Source: Trichoplax sp. H2
Taxonomy: Eukaryota
DNA: 64,000 nucleotides
Reading direction: 5' to 3'
NCBI GenBank assembly: GCA_003344405.1
Contig: NOWV01000148.1
Coordinates: 1-64,000, forward strand
The translations under genes and the position numbers were made by a program. Shown here piece after piece: positions 52,471 to 64,000 of this stretch. Each line of letters begins with the position of its first letter. Positions within the stretch are counted from its first letter, which is position 1. The notes below the pieces were generated by a model that had not been told where the DNA came from, did no database searches, and saw nothing but the letters and a program-made list of their open reading frames with translations.

Positions 52471-53928
52471 AATATGAGGATTTTAACATGATCGCTAATA
52501 CCAATGAAAGCAATTACTAATAATTTCTTTAAAATTCTAACGGTTCTAATAAAATAATGCTAAATTAATTTAAATCTACAAATTAATAGCTTACATCGAA
52601 CTATTGAGCTTTGCTTTTATATGCAATTATGCTTCGATTATCCTACGTCTAATTAAATTACCAAAGCAAAATAAAAATGTAATTTTGAAATAACTTATCT
52701 TCAAAATGCGTAGACTCATTCAGTGTTATGTGCATTATTAACTAAGCGATATGATAATTCATCACTTTCGCCTAAATATTCCTTAGAATTTTCAAATCCA
52801 TAATACTTCTCATTTCGATAGGCGCAATTTGGTACCCCCTGTATCATCCACAGCTTATTACAAAACTTTAACTTTGTACAAGATTGATTTTTTATCTGGA
52901 GAAAATTTAGAACATCGTCTATGTTCGAACATTTTACCGATTGTTATGATCACTCGTACATAGTATTAAAATTCATCTATTTCAATGACCTTGTTTCAAT
53001 TGTGCAGCTTACAGATATGCCTATATATATATAAACTAAAATTCTAGAGGTAATCATGTTTTTTCATTTTTATAACTTAGAACAAAATCTATTTATATGA
53101 TGAATTCAAATTCTTACCGGTCTGTATTTGTAGGAATAATTAATTCTCCGTTCATGTGTGCATAATTTCCGATATACCTTAATATATAAGGTAGATTATA
53201 TTCTATGTGATCATTTTTTCTCATTATTATTGTGCATAGACTACAAAATTATTTATAGGATGCATATGAATTGGCACCAGTACCGATTGCACGAATAATC
53301 AATCAAGCGTTTAATTTATATCTTACCGATATGCTAACTACGTCAAGCTCAATAAACTAAATTATTCATTATAGTTAATCTGATAACAGAATAATAACCT
53401 TTTTATGAGCTCGTTAGTTAACGTCTTATACCATTTTCTGCTCTTTACTTACATCAAGACTATCTATCTCTGACCTACTACTAGTTGCAACTTATCTGCT
53501 TTACACTCTGTTAACACATAATTTATACTAATATTACATATGTATAATGTTTCTTTATTTTGAGGAATATTGATAACAATAAAATTGCATTTGAATAAGT
53601 GAATATAAAGGATGTTTATTAAAAGCGTGACTGATTCATGAAATCTGTCTTATGGAATTTAGCAGGAGCTGAACATCAGTATAGGAAAATTGAATATTGC
53701 ATTTGATAACTTTATGGCAAAGGTTTGTACTTGGAAACAAACAGATAGCTTTAAGACAAATATAGCTTCTTGACATATTTAAGATTAGATTAATTTTAAT
53801 CATAATTTATTGTAATTTAGTGCTACTTAACCACAGTACTACACGTGGAATCAGAGATGATTTCGCGAACTACATTAGATAAACATTAGAATCTTCGAGC
53901 TTGATGGTATCTAAATATGCCAACACAT

Positions 53929-56900
53929 TTAAAACATTTGCGTTTGTGATACAATGTTATTCAGAGCTACAGCTTCATTTTGAGGATCTTTTATTCTTGA
54001 AATAAAGAAGATAAAGCCTGGTAAAGTTAATCCTTGACAGGATATAGACACAATATATAAAATCCCAAAGAATCTTCTTGCACTTTCTGGATATCTTATG
54101 TTAGTCAATGCCAAAGTTAGCCATGTTAATGATAAAATGATCATCAGTATTATGATCATTTTCAAGAACCTAGGAATATCGTTGCTATGACCGATTTTGA
54201 ACAGTCTTCGAAGTCGGAATAAAAATAGTAATGCAATGATCAATATAAAGCCAATGAAACAGTACATTGGATAAGTAAAGAACCAACTGGCATGATAAGG
54301 ATTCATCCAACAACTAAAAATAATAAATGTAAAGTAATTTTAATGGTAAAATAATCAAAATTACTGAATAAAGCATGAAAGCTGACGCAATATGTCTCCA
54401 TTTAAATAAGAAGACATCACCAATATTAATTAAACACCTCATCAATTGATGTTAAGAATTACATAGAACAATTTCTTTTAAGATTTAATGAGTATAAATA
54501 GCCACAGAGCTAAATGAAAGTATATAATAAAACAAGAATTTTCTATGTAAGTGTTGCTTACAATCCTGCATAATTACGGCCATAAATTTGGGCTTTACTA
54601 GCTGCTACAGAAATTCCAGTTACCAAAGTAGGTACACCTTTAAAACAATCATTTAAATAATTTATGATATCCCGTTAAATATTTAGGATATGATGGAGTA
54701 GGTTAAGGCTGAATAAATAATTACCCTAAATTTAGTGTAATGTTGTAATGTAATGATTACTAAACGGCTTCAGTTTAACAATGTATCAACGCAATAATGT
54801 ATGCTTATATTGATGTTTAAGTATTAGCAGTATGACTAAAGAAATTTGTAAAAAATTTGAAACATCAGATGAACACATGTTAAGTTGGCTACCATTTAAA
54901 TTTGAATACCTAACAATTTGAAATATCCTCGTGAATTTTAAGATTATACTGTTTAATTTGCAAATTAGGTACGCAAGCTATTAAGATAACTGTTTTCATG
55001 GTCTTAGTAGAGTGTGACTTAATGCGTTTATCTCTCTCGTAGCACGAGAACTTATTACAATTTTCCTATAAGCTCATTTTGGCTATTAAGATTATGCAAA
55101 AGATCGAGTGCCAAAATGTTAAGTAGGATCTTCTCGTTAATATAATACTTTTAGTATCAAATTAATCTAAAAGATTTTATAATTCGAATGAAGATTTCAT
55201 TTTTTCTAAATAATTCAAATCAGTGACGATCAGTAACAAAATTTTAGGATTTTCTACAGTCAGTCATTTCATAAATCTTTTATTCTTGATTTCAGCTACT
55301 GCATAAATCAATTAGAAAATGCTTTCATAACATGATTATTTTCGTTTATTTAAGGCAATTAATATGATAGTTTAACATTCAAGGAACGAATAATTCTTAC
55401 GCTTGATACGGAAATTCATGAAATTTAAATCTATATTGCGAAAGAATGCAATGATTTCAGCTAATTGTAGTAGTACCGTAGGTGGCTAACAGTAACTAGA
55501 CGGCACACTTCTACTGTTTCTAGATTGAAAATGGGATTCTCCATTCAAGGCCATATCTGATAGCCAAAAACAATATTATGTAGACTGTCTTACATATAAG
55601 AGTTAAAGTATAATTATCTGGTTTATCTTAGTTAGGTGTATAATAGAGCTTTTACAGTCTTGAACAAGTATATCTACTATAGAGTGGAAGCATTTATTTG
55701 TGTAGCTTGTATAGAAGTGATTCGTACGCAAATTCATGTAAGTGGCATTGTCCGCTTTATCTAATTCGTTTTCAACTGTTCTTATAAGAAGCAAAAATTG
55801 GAATTCTTTTTCGACAGACACACGTAGCTATAAATGTTATTATTCAAGGCTATTTTTTCAGTGTTGACCTTTAAATTAGGGAATTACTGAATTTTGTTAA
55901 CTCAAACATTAGGTTACGTTAGCGAACTAACGGCAATAGCTGGAGATTATTACACGGTCATTACATAGAACAGAATTAAAATCAGTTCGATCTGTCTATA
56001 TGGAAATCAAATCTTGGTGATTTTATGACAACTTACCATAGGCAATGGTGACTGCAAGTAGCCGCCATTTTGTAATGTTTACGAATTTTATATCGGAAGA
56101 GGCTTTAAGAAGTTCAAAATAGGCGTAAACTGTAGTAGTAGCCATCCAAAGAATTTTTGAAAACATGAATAAATAGACGAGGATCGATATAATCTTGCAT
56201 AAGATTTCATTATTGGTGGCTCGTTGAACACCATATTGCAGCGAGCAGACAACAGCCATGGCAACATATAGATTAATAATCATGAATTTGCCCTCTCCAA
56301 TTTGTATTTTGCTACATAATAGACAAATGCTGCTAGTTATTAATGCATAAAATACAAAACTTAAAAAATCAATATCGCAGTGTTTACAATTTGAGCGTAG
56401 ATAATGAATAAGAAACTGATATTGAAAATTTGAAATTTTACAATTACTGTTGTTTTTAGTATTAGTAATTCAACTATTTTCAAAAATTAACGAGACCTAC
56501 AATAATAGCCCATTTAAATTTCAGTAATGGTATTTATGCACGAAATTATCGTAGCTTATACGTAAGTTTAGTAGCCTCTTCTATGTAATTTTGTCTCTAA
56601 TCATTTATTATGAGATCGTATTTCGACGTTTCGATATTTCAGCTACCGGCTTAGTATTAACTAAAATGGTGCAGCTATTTTATAGCAAGCGTTCAGTATC
56701 TGCTACTAAAAGTCTATGTTCTGAGTTTGTGACTGATAAGAGAAGATTTAGTACTCCAATAAATGCAGGAAATATATAATATGAACGAGAACCGATACGA
56801 AATCGGTCATTTTGCAAACTGCCAACGAGAACCGATTTTGCATCGGTTCTTGTTCATATATACTATGATAGTCCGAATGTAGCGAATGATTTAGCATTGC

Positions 56901-59900
56901 AGATAGTATTGTAGCTTATATATATAAGATTAACCGCCTCTTCCAATGTAGCTTTGTCCCGAATCGCTTTAATGTGCATTTTAAGTAGTCATTTACTGAT
57001 ATTCTGGAACTTCACCAACAGCTAAACAATAATCATAATAGTACAGCTATTATAGCAGACGTTCAGCATATGCAACAATAATTGCATGTTATAAGGTCAT
57101 GACTGTTACAAATTTTGCTCACCACTCGAACGAGGAAAATGTTGGTAATCCAACTATTAGAGAGAAGGATTAAAGATAGTACAACTTACTTAATCTATGT
57201 ATACTCAAATATTTATATTGTCTAATAATAACTACTATTTACTTATATACCCGTATTACGGTAGCTCTATTTTTAGAACTTTACTATAATATTATTCACT
57301 AATTGAAACTTAATAGAGTCTGGTCATCAAATTATTGTGGGCAGACGCCTGCAATACTAGTTGCAAGTTGCTATTTTTTACAAGAACAATCCAAGAATGC
57401 TCACGAGTTACTAACTTCATCCTTTATTTCTTGCTTAACAAGTTCTTTATATAATAGCCCATACTTAAGAACTGTCCCTAAGAGCAAACAAAGTCCATGC
57501 TTGATATGCTAAGCGAAGAATTTATGATACTGTACATTTCTTTACGATAATAGTGTAATAAAGTAGGTATGTCAATACTAGATAAGATGGTATCCGTACT
57601 TATTAATACGAGTACGTACCACAGTCGGCCAATAATTATAACATAATGATAACTATGCTTGCTCACGGAATCGTAATACAAGTAAAGGTTCCTTATAACT
57701 TTGTTAGGTCGTATAGTAATGATCTTGTAATTTAGCAATTAAAATCTAAAATCTACTTAAGAACAGGTCAAACGTAACTCAGGGTGCTTTTTGTGCAGTA
57801 AGAAATTTCATATGTAATGGATGATGAAGATTACTATTCTTAAACTTAAATACTACAATTACGACAGTGTTATATACTGTATTAGAGTAGAAACATCTAT
57901 GTTAGGATAATTATGTTAGCTTATCCTTATTTAGTTAACTTTTAATTTGGATATACTATGTTTCAATATAGCACTGACTTTTTATGACAGTGACGCTTTG
58001 TTACGGAGCCATGCTCCGAAATATTAATTGCTATGTTATTTAAAATATCTCATTTAAATTATTGTTTGTTCCAGTAGCTTATTAGATATTAATGTTTATT
58101 AATAAGCACTTGTTATAGCCAAGGTATCAGAAAGTTAAATATTGTTGACGTGTCAGAACTAACATACTTAGTCTGTCAACGTTAATTAATAACACCTTAA
58201 GTGTAAGATCAATTACTTTGTGGAGCCTTGAGGCTCTAGTTGCTATACTAGGATATGTATACTGTACAGTGTAAGCCGCTATTTCAAAAATATTCACAAG
58301 TGTACCATCGGCGAGACTATAAAAAGCGGAGCACTAGCTTAGCTTCTCAGTTTCAGTTAGTCATTTGCAGTATCTTTTGACTATTATTGCTAAGAATATT
58401 CTTACGTTTTTCTTTAGTACATTTTACGACTAAGGTTAACGAAAATAAAGTAAAGTATTTAAACCTATTACTCAATAGTAGCTTTTTTGTGTAGCTGAGA
58501 GTTAGTTCAACTACGATAGGTCCCTAAGTTAGTTAGGAACACAAGTACTAGTGAAGATAGTGTTTAAGACCCGGTTTCTTGTTACAAAGAAGATTTGTAA
58601 CACACTTATACACATACTGAAATTAATAGTTATAATGGGGAATGCAAATCATCTACTTACAGTTCCAATCGTTGTGATTGTAATTTATTTATGGTAGATT
58701 GTAAATTATCGTAGAAATGTTCCGTGATAGGACATATCGTGATCTGACTATTTCTGTATTAGTCACCAGATGTCTATGTTCGTAAATACTGTTGTCTGCA
58801 TTAAGGGAGCAGTAGCTAAAATTAATATCTAATTCAGTAAATGATTCCAAACTTAATCGTACTAACTATGACTCATAAGCTATTGAGGAATGGTATATAA
58901 ATGCAGTATATCGTGTAATAAAGTGGATTCTTAAACTTAGCGTTTAACGTAAAATATGAGGCGTATAAGTCTTTGTATAATCTGCTAGTAGAGCAAAAGT
59001 GTTTGTGATAGTGCAGATATCGTTCCTTGATACATGGTTCAAGGAATTGACTTATTGATCGTACATTACGTTTTCTTGTTGCAAAGCTGTTTTGTGACAA
59101 CAATTAGAAATTGTTCTAAAACAATATTGATGTATTTACATGATTAAGTTAATGCTACGACCCGAGATACTATTTAAGATAAGAGAGATTGTAACTAAAA
59201 GACCATGTATAAGAACTTTTTTGTATACCTACTGCTGCTATGAACTCTAAATCAGGAATAGTAATATCGAAAAATAACTTTCTGCACAAGATTTTTCTTC
59301 ATAAATAGGGTATTCTCATAAAGTAAAAGCAGTCGCAATTGTTGAGGAGGGTCATAGCTATGGCTTTTGACTTTGAATCTCAATTATATCCTATTCTTTC
59401 TTGTTATTACATTGGATTACTGTTATGATTCTGTATATTATATTTTATCGCGATCATATTTAGTACCAATATGTTTATGCATATCGCTATTTGGTGATCA
59501 ATAATGGTAGGATTTTTCGCTTCGAAGAAGGCGAAATGTTATTTTCTAATTGCAATAGTCGTAAGTGGTGCAATCTCAAATAAGCTCAAGACTAAGATAA
59601 TAGGACTGTACGTAAATAGATACAATGTATGCTATATCGTAAGATTGCATAAGTGTCTTACTTAACGAAATTGGAGTACAAATACAAACATAATGTGTTA
59701 AAATGACGTATCTATTCACTCTCAGTAACAGAAGCATAACAAAAGGAAATTTCTGTAATTAATCAATTAAGTCTTTATGGAATTAAAGATGCACAATTGA
59801 AACTAATCTAATCGGTTAAAATCACATTTACCATTTCGATCTCCAATAGATGAATGAAATAAGGATTGATGCTAACGACAAGCCACTGCAGATTTCTGTT

Positions 59901-59992
59901 ATAAGCCTTATTGCATAGTTGTAACCCGTGACGGACCGAACTTTTCGTAATTTTTCGTAGTGATTTATAGCAGGATGTTTTGGGTATGTCGA
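53929..59992 (-). CDS. Adhesion/secretin-class (family B) 7TM receptor, 7TM exons; N-terminal exons unresolved
   Basis: Phase-compatible exons: 59992-59832 (TM1 LITEICSGLSLASILISFIY), about 56312-56037 (IINLYVAM..CKIISILVYLFMFSKILWM..AYG), about 54638-54562 (VPTLVTGISV..YG) and about 54314-53929 (CWMNPY..WFFTYP..LSLTW..SCQG). These carry class-B hallmarks. No clean GPS/GAIN exon was found, so intactness is unknown. Confidence 0.72.
56779..56859. mobile_element. 81-bp MITE-like inverted repeat
   Basis: ATATGAACGAGAACCGATACGAAATCGGT (56779-56807) versus the reverse complement of 56831-56859, ATATGAACAAGAACCGATGCAAAATCGGT: 26/29 identical, with a 23-nt spacer and TA-rich flanks. Confidence 0.5.
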
Positions 59993-62900
59993 CTACAAAA
60001 TATTGGATAGTTTAAGTAGCTCTTAAATAAATTTCCATTACTATAAGTTATAAATAATCGAGTAAGAATATCCGATCTTGGTAGAAGTTTGATACCTTCA
60101 CCTTTACTATTAGTTTTGATTTATATATTCGCACTAAGTCAATGAGGCATATAAACAGATATAAATACTATTTATCATACATGTTTATTTGTCAAATTAG
60201 CAGTTCCATTTATTGGACTATGGCAATGTATAACTTTACGATATATGCTCTATTTAGTCTAACAGTTTCGTTTTCTGTGCTTATTTTGTTCTAAATCTAC
60301 CAATGCAGCCAACCATTAGTCCACATCTCAGTTACTATAGCTATCGTACTCGTTAGTACGATCTACTGATCCGCATAACATCTTAACTACTAGCATATCA
60401 ATTTATATTTAACAACCGCTATTTTCTTGCGAACCACACACTACAATAAACAGCCTATATTAAAGTGAGATGGTAAATTATAATCTCTGATGATCACTGC
60501 AAATGATTTTACTCATTGATCAAATCCTCAATACTTTATTGAAGCTATCATCGTTTCTATAAGAATTTGAATTAATGCCATTAAAGTTAATTAAGCCTTA
60601 AATAATCCAATCACCTGCGACAACTTGCAAAGTCTAGGGACCAGCTGTAACTGACCAATATGGCCTTTATTCATAGCTTGATTCCAAATACGCTTGAAAT
60701 TTATATGTCTTAAGCCAGTATTAACATAGTATTGAGTTTGAAGTATCGATATTATTTCCAAAACGCCACTGACAATTAAGTGATAATATATGGTAAAGAA
60801 GGAAATAGGTATAAATACTTATTTTAATGCATTTATTGCCCTCTTAGCCGTCAATAATTACACTATAGTTACTTTATCCTTATAATAAAGTGTCCCTAAT
60901 TACCAATAATTATACTTGAAGTGTAGAACAGATTTGAGTACTAAGCCTATAATCACGTTGTATAATAAATCGCAAAAGTCACAGTAATTATTTCAGCTAG
61001 TTACAGTAGCAATCTGAAGAAAGATTTGCTCTTGATGTAAATTAATTCGACGGGCTTTATGTAGTAATTCTATAATATTTGATATTATGAAACGATGCAC
61101 TTGTATCACGTTAGAAGTTTGACCAATTGTAACGTCTAAAATTTAGAGTCAGTGTATTGGGAATCTAAGAATTAAAATCTTTCTTTAAAGCTAACATTTT
61201 AATATATTATGAAATCTTAAATAATCCCGTGGCATTAAACTAAGATGAGAAGTTGGAAGATCTCTAAAGTATAATTAATTAAGCTACTCGTAATTTCTGG
61301 CTTCGATTAAATCGAATCTACATACGAAATACTTAATTAGAGCTAAATATCCCTACTATTGAAACACTTATCCTTCTTTTCAACAGCAGATGCTAAATTA
61401 AAGTTCATGAATTTAAAAGCAATGGCGATAACGTCTACGAAATTTTACTAAAATCACAATCCAAGACTAGATAAGGAGCGACCATACTAATCTCTAATTT
61501 CCATATTTTCTCTATTGTAAATTGATAAAGTACTGTGCACACAGGGTTGATTAAGATAATGTATAACTCCTAGTTATGTATGCGTGCATGCACATGTCAA
61601 TACCCTAGGGTTACCTGCAATTTCTTAGATTGGTTCTTGGTGATGAATTTTGGACTGAAGACGGTAATTCATCCAATGTTTGACAGTAAGGCAAGTTTCT
61701 ATCCAGCAGATGTAAAATAAAATAAGGAATTAAAGAAAGTAAAAGATAAATAATAATTAAAAAATAAGTAATAAATAATATAATGATGCTAAAAGATATT
61801 TCGAGATATTTCGCAAAAATGGATATCTCAAATTATTGCAAATAATGATATTATAAGTCTAATTAGTTCTTAAATTATATGTTCCCTTAGTTTTTTTCCA
61901 ATAGAAGTCTCTAAGGTACCTTATTTTTATTTAAGGCGCCATAGAACTACTATAATGTAACTATCTGGTATAGTTTGATGGGATAGACTTAATCGCTAGA
62001 TGCTTTAAAATCTTGTAAGATTGTACTGAGAGGTTAAGCATAACAATGTGAACTAATTTATTAAAAAAGGGCTGTTTGCAGTATCTAAAATTAATAAAAC
62101 AACGAACGTGTTACGAAATAGCGAATCTCAGGATCTTTCTGGTTAAGCTTTGCTTTTATTAAATATGTTTATTCTTTTAATCAGATCTGACAGATATTTA
62201 AAACTGGTTGTATCATACAAGTTGAGCTTAATTATTTGATTGAAATAGCAATAAATTGGCGTATTTCTCATTTCTTTTATTATTGAATGTGAATAATGCG
62301 CCTAATCTGTATATTTTATTACTAAACTACTTCATAATAGAATGCACGCAATAATCTGATTGAGTTGGCCATAAATTGCCATAGTTATTTATTCCTCTTC
62401 AATTTCCCAACTTAATTCAATGTAAGCAAATGCAATCAGTATGGTTTTATAGTATTCAAAAGTCATTATATTCGTAAGTAGAAGCTACACTGTCACAAAG
62501 GCCAAAAGACCCTATCTGTACTATAAATTGATTTTTAAGCAGTTAATTTACACATTCAAAGTCTTGAGCATACACAATTACTTCAGTGACTTTGAATAGA
62601 ATATAATAAAGCACTAATAATTTCATATAAATATCTAGAACAAAGTGAAGGCTGAGATAAATTCTACTGAGCATTCATAAACGTAATAGTCGAGTATGTT
62701 TCAAATTGTCTAGCCCGATTGTTGCATATGTTATGGTGTTATGAACAATGAAGGCATCACTAAATGCAATTTTATTTTCATATGCCAGACTTTATGATAG
62801 CATAAAACTAGTGAAATCTTACCTGGTACTTTCCAATTTTAAAACTGTGTGATTTGCACTGTCCCCAGAAAATAGCTTGACAATCTATTAAAGTGGTAAT

Positions 62901-64000
62901 TTTGCATTAAGTTGAAATATATTACTGATACGTTAAATATGTATAAATAAATTTTAAAGCTATAAATGGAGATCTTTTCCTTATTCGTAAGTAAATTTTT
63001 ATGACCCTAATTAAATGAAGTAACCTTATTATGAAGGAGACGTTAACTAAGTAAAGAGATCAGAAAGTATAGACTTCATAATTGCATCAATATACTCGTT
63101 TCTTGTGCGCATATAATATTAATCAAATATTATAGTACTCATAACAACTTTGAACTAGTGGCATAAGGATTTCTATTATAAATTTTTAAAATTAATTTTT
63201 TTCTCGCTGATTTATCTTGAAATCTATTGTTATCCTGACTTAGCAATCCTTCAAAAAACGAAGCATAAATCATATCTAGACTTTCTCAGACAAGGTACAT
63301 AACATCTTGATCATACGCACAAAAGTTGTAAGCCGTATGATCATGACAGTAAATGAATATGCAGCTACTAACACTAGCTTCGAATTATATTTACTCGATC
63401 ATAGCAATACGTGACAAATTATTGGGAAGTTTAATATCGATCTTGATATAACGTAATTTTAACAGATAATAAACAACTACTGATTTGACGTTTTTGGTAT
63501 TCAAGAACTAATATTTCATTTTCAACGGTATCTGTAGAAGCTAGCACTATACTTCAAGATAATATAAAGCCAATAAATATGATATCGATTCAATTAAATC
63601 ATATACTCGTAAGAAGAATTCCACTGACGCTATATTGTAATTGATATATTACATATTTAAGTAAAGTTATCAAAATATATTTAAAGCTTCCAGTTATGTA
63701 ATCACGACCAACTATATAAGTCTAGAATAAAAGGATTAAAAAATTCATGAAAATAAACTAAATGTTCTATAGCATACAGTTTTTTGGATGTCTTTCGTTA
63801 GCTGTGGAGAAATATCAAAGTTTCCTGTCTCCCTTAAGGAATTGAACTCCAGATTTTTGATAACCAAGCTGCAATTCCAGTAAAGTCGTTTTATAGGGCT
63901 ATTGGTTGCACCTTCAATAGGAAAATAATTCATACGATTTTACGAATGTAAAAATGTTGTGGTTATAACAAGACCCAAATTTATCTGTGTTATAAGATGC

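Noticed and set aside
56930-57022. Possible GPS-motif exon (YLKCTLKRFG)
   Set aside because: Contains a stop and frameshift, lies downstream of the TM1 exon and belongs to the local tandem duplication; identity unsupported.

Overview
AT-rich eukaryotic (animal) genomic DNA with short GT-AG introns. Gene content and style (intronless 42-aa TPR arrays, LRR-type GPCR remnants, compact introns) suggest a placozoan such as Trichoplax; this is inference, not proof. The left part (about 3-27 kb) is a compact block of intact, spliced housekeeping genes: CNPY3/4-like, PSMD10/gankyrin, tRNA-Leu(AAG), ICT1/MRPL58, eEF2K and SVOP-like. It includes two divergent promoters built from recurring palindromic motifs. 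The right part (about 27-64 kb) and the first kilobase look like a gene birth-and-death zone. They hold a 1544-aa intronless TPR solenoid and a decayed paralogue, and three bacterial-like YitH-type GNAT acetyltransferases (one intact, two pseudogenes). They also hold a spliced GARS-only (PurD-like) pseudogene, an intronless ADAM10/17-like protease lacking a prodomain cysteine and most of the disintegrin/Cys-rich region, an LGR/RXFP-type GPCR pseudogene and an adhesion-class 7TM gene. Exon structures were assembled by hand from splice sites and frame continuity; no database searches were run.
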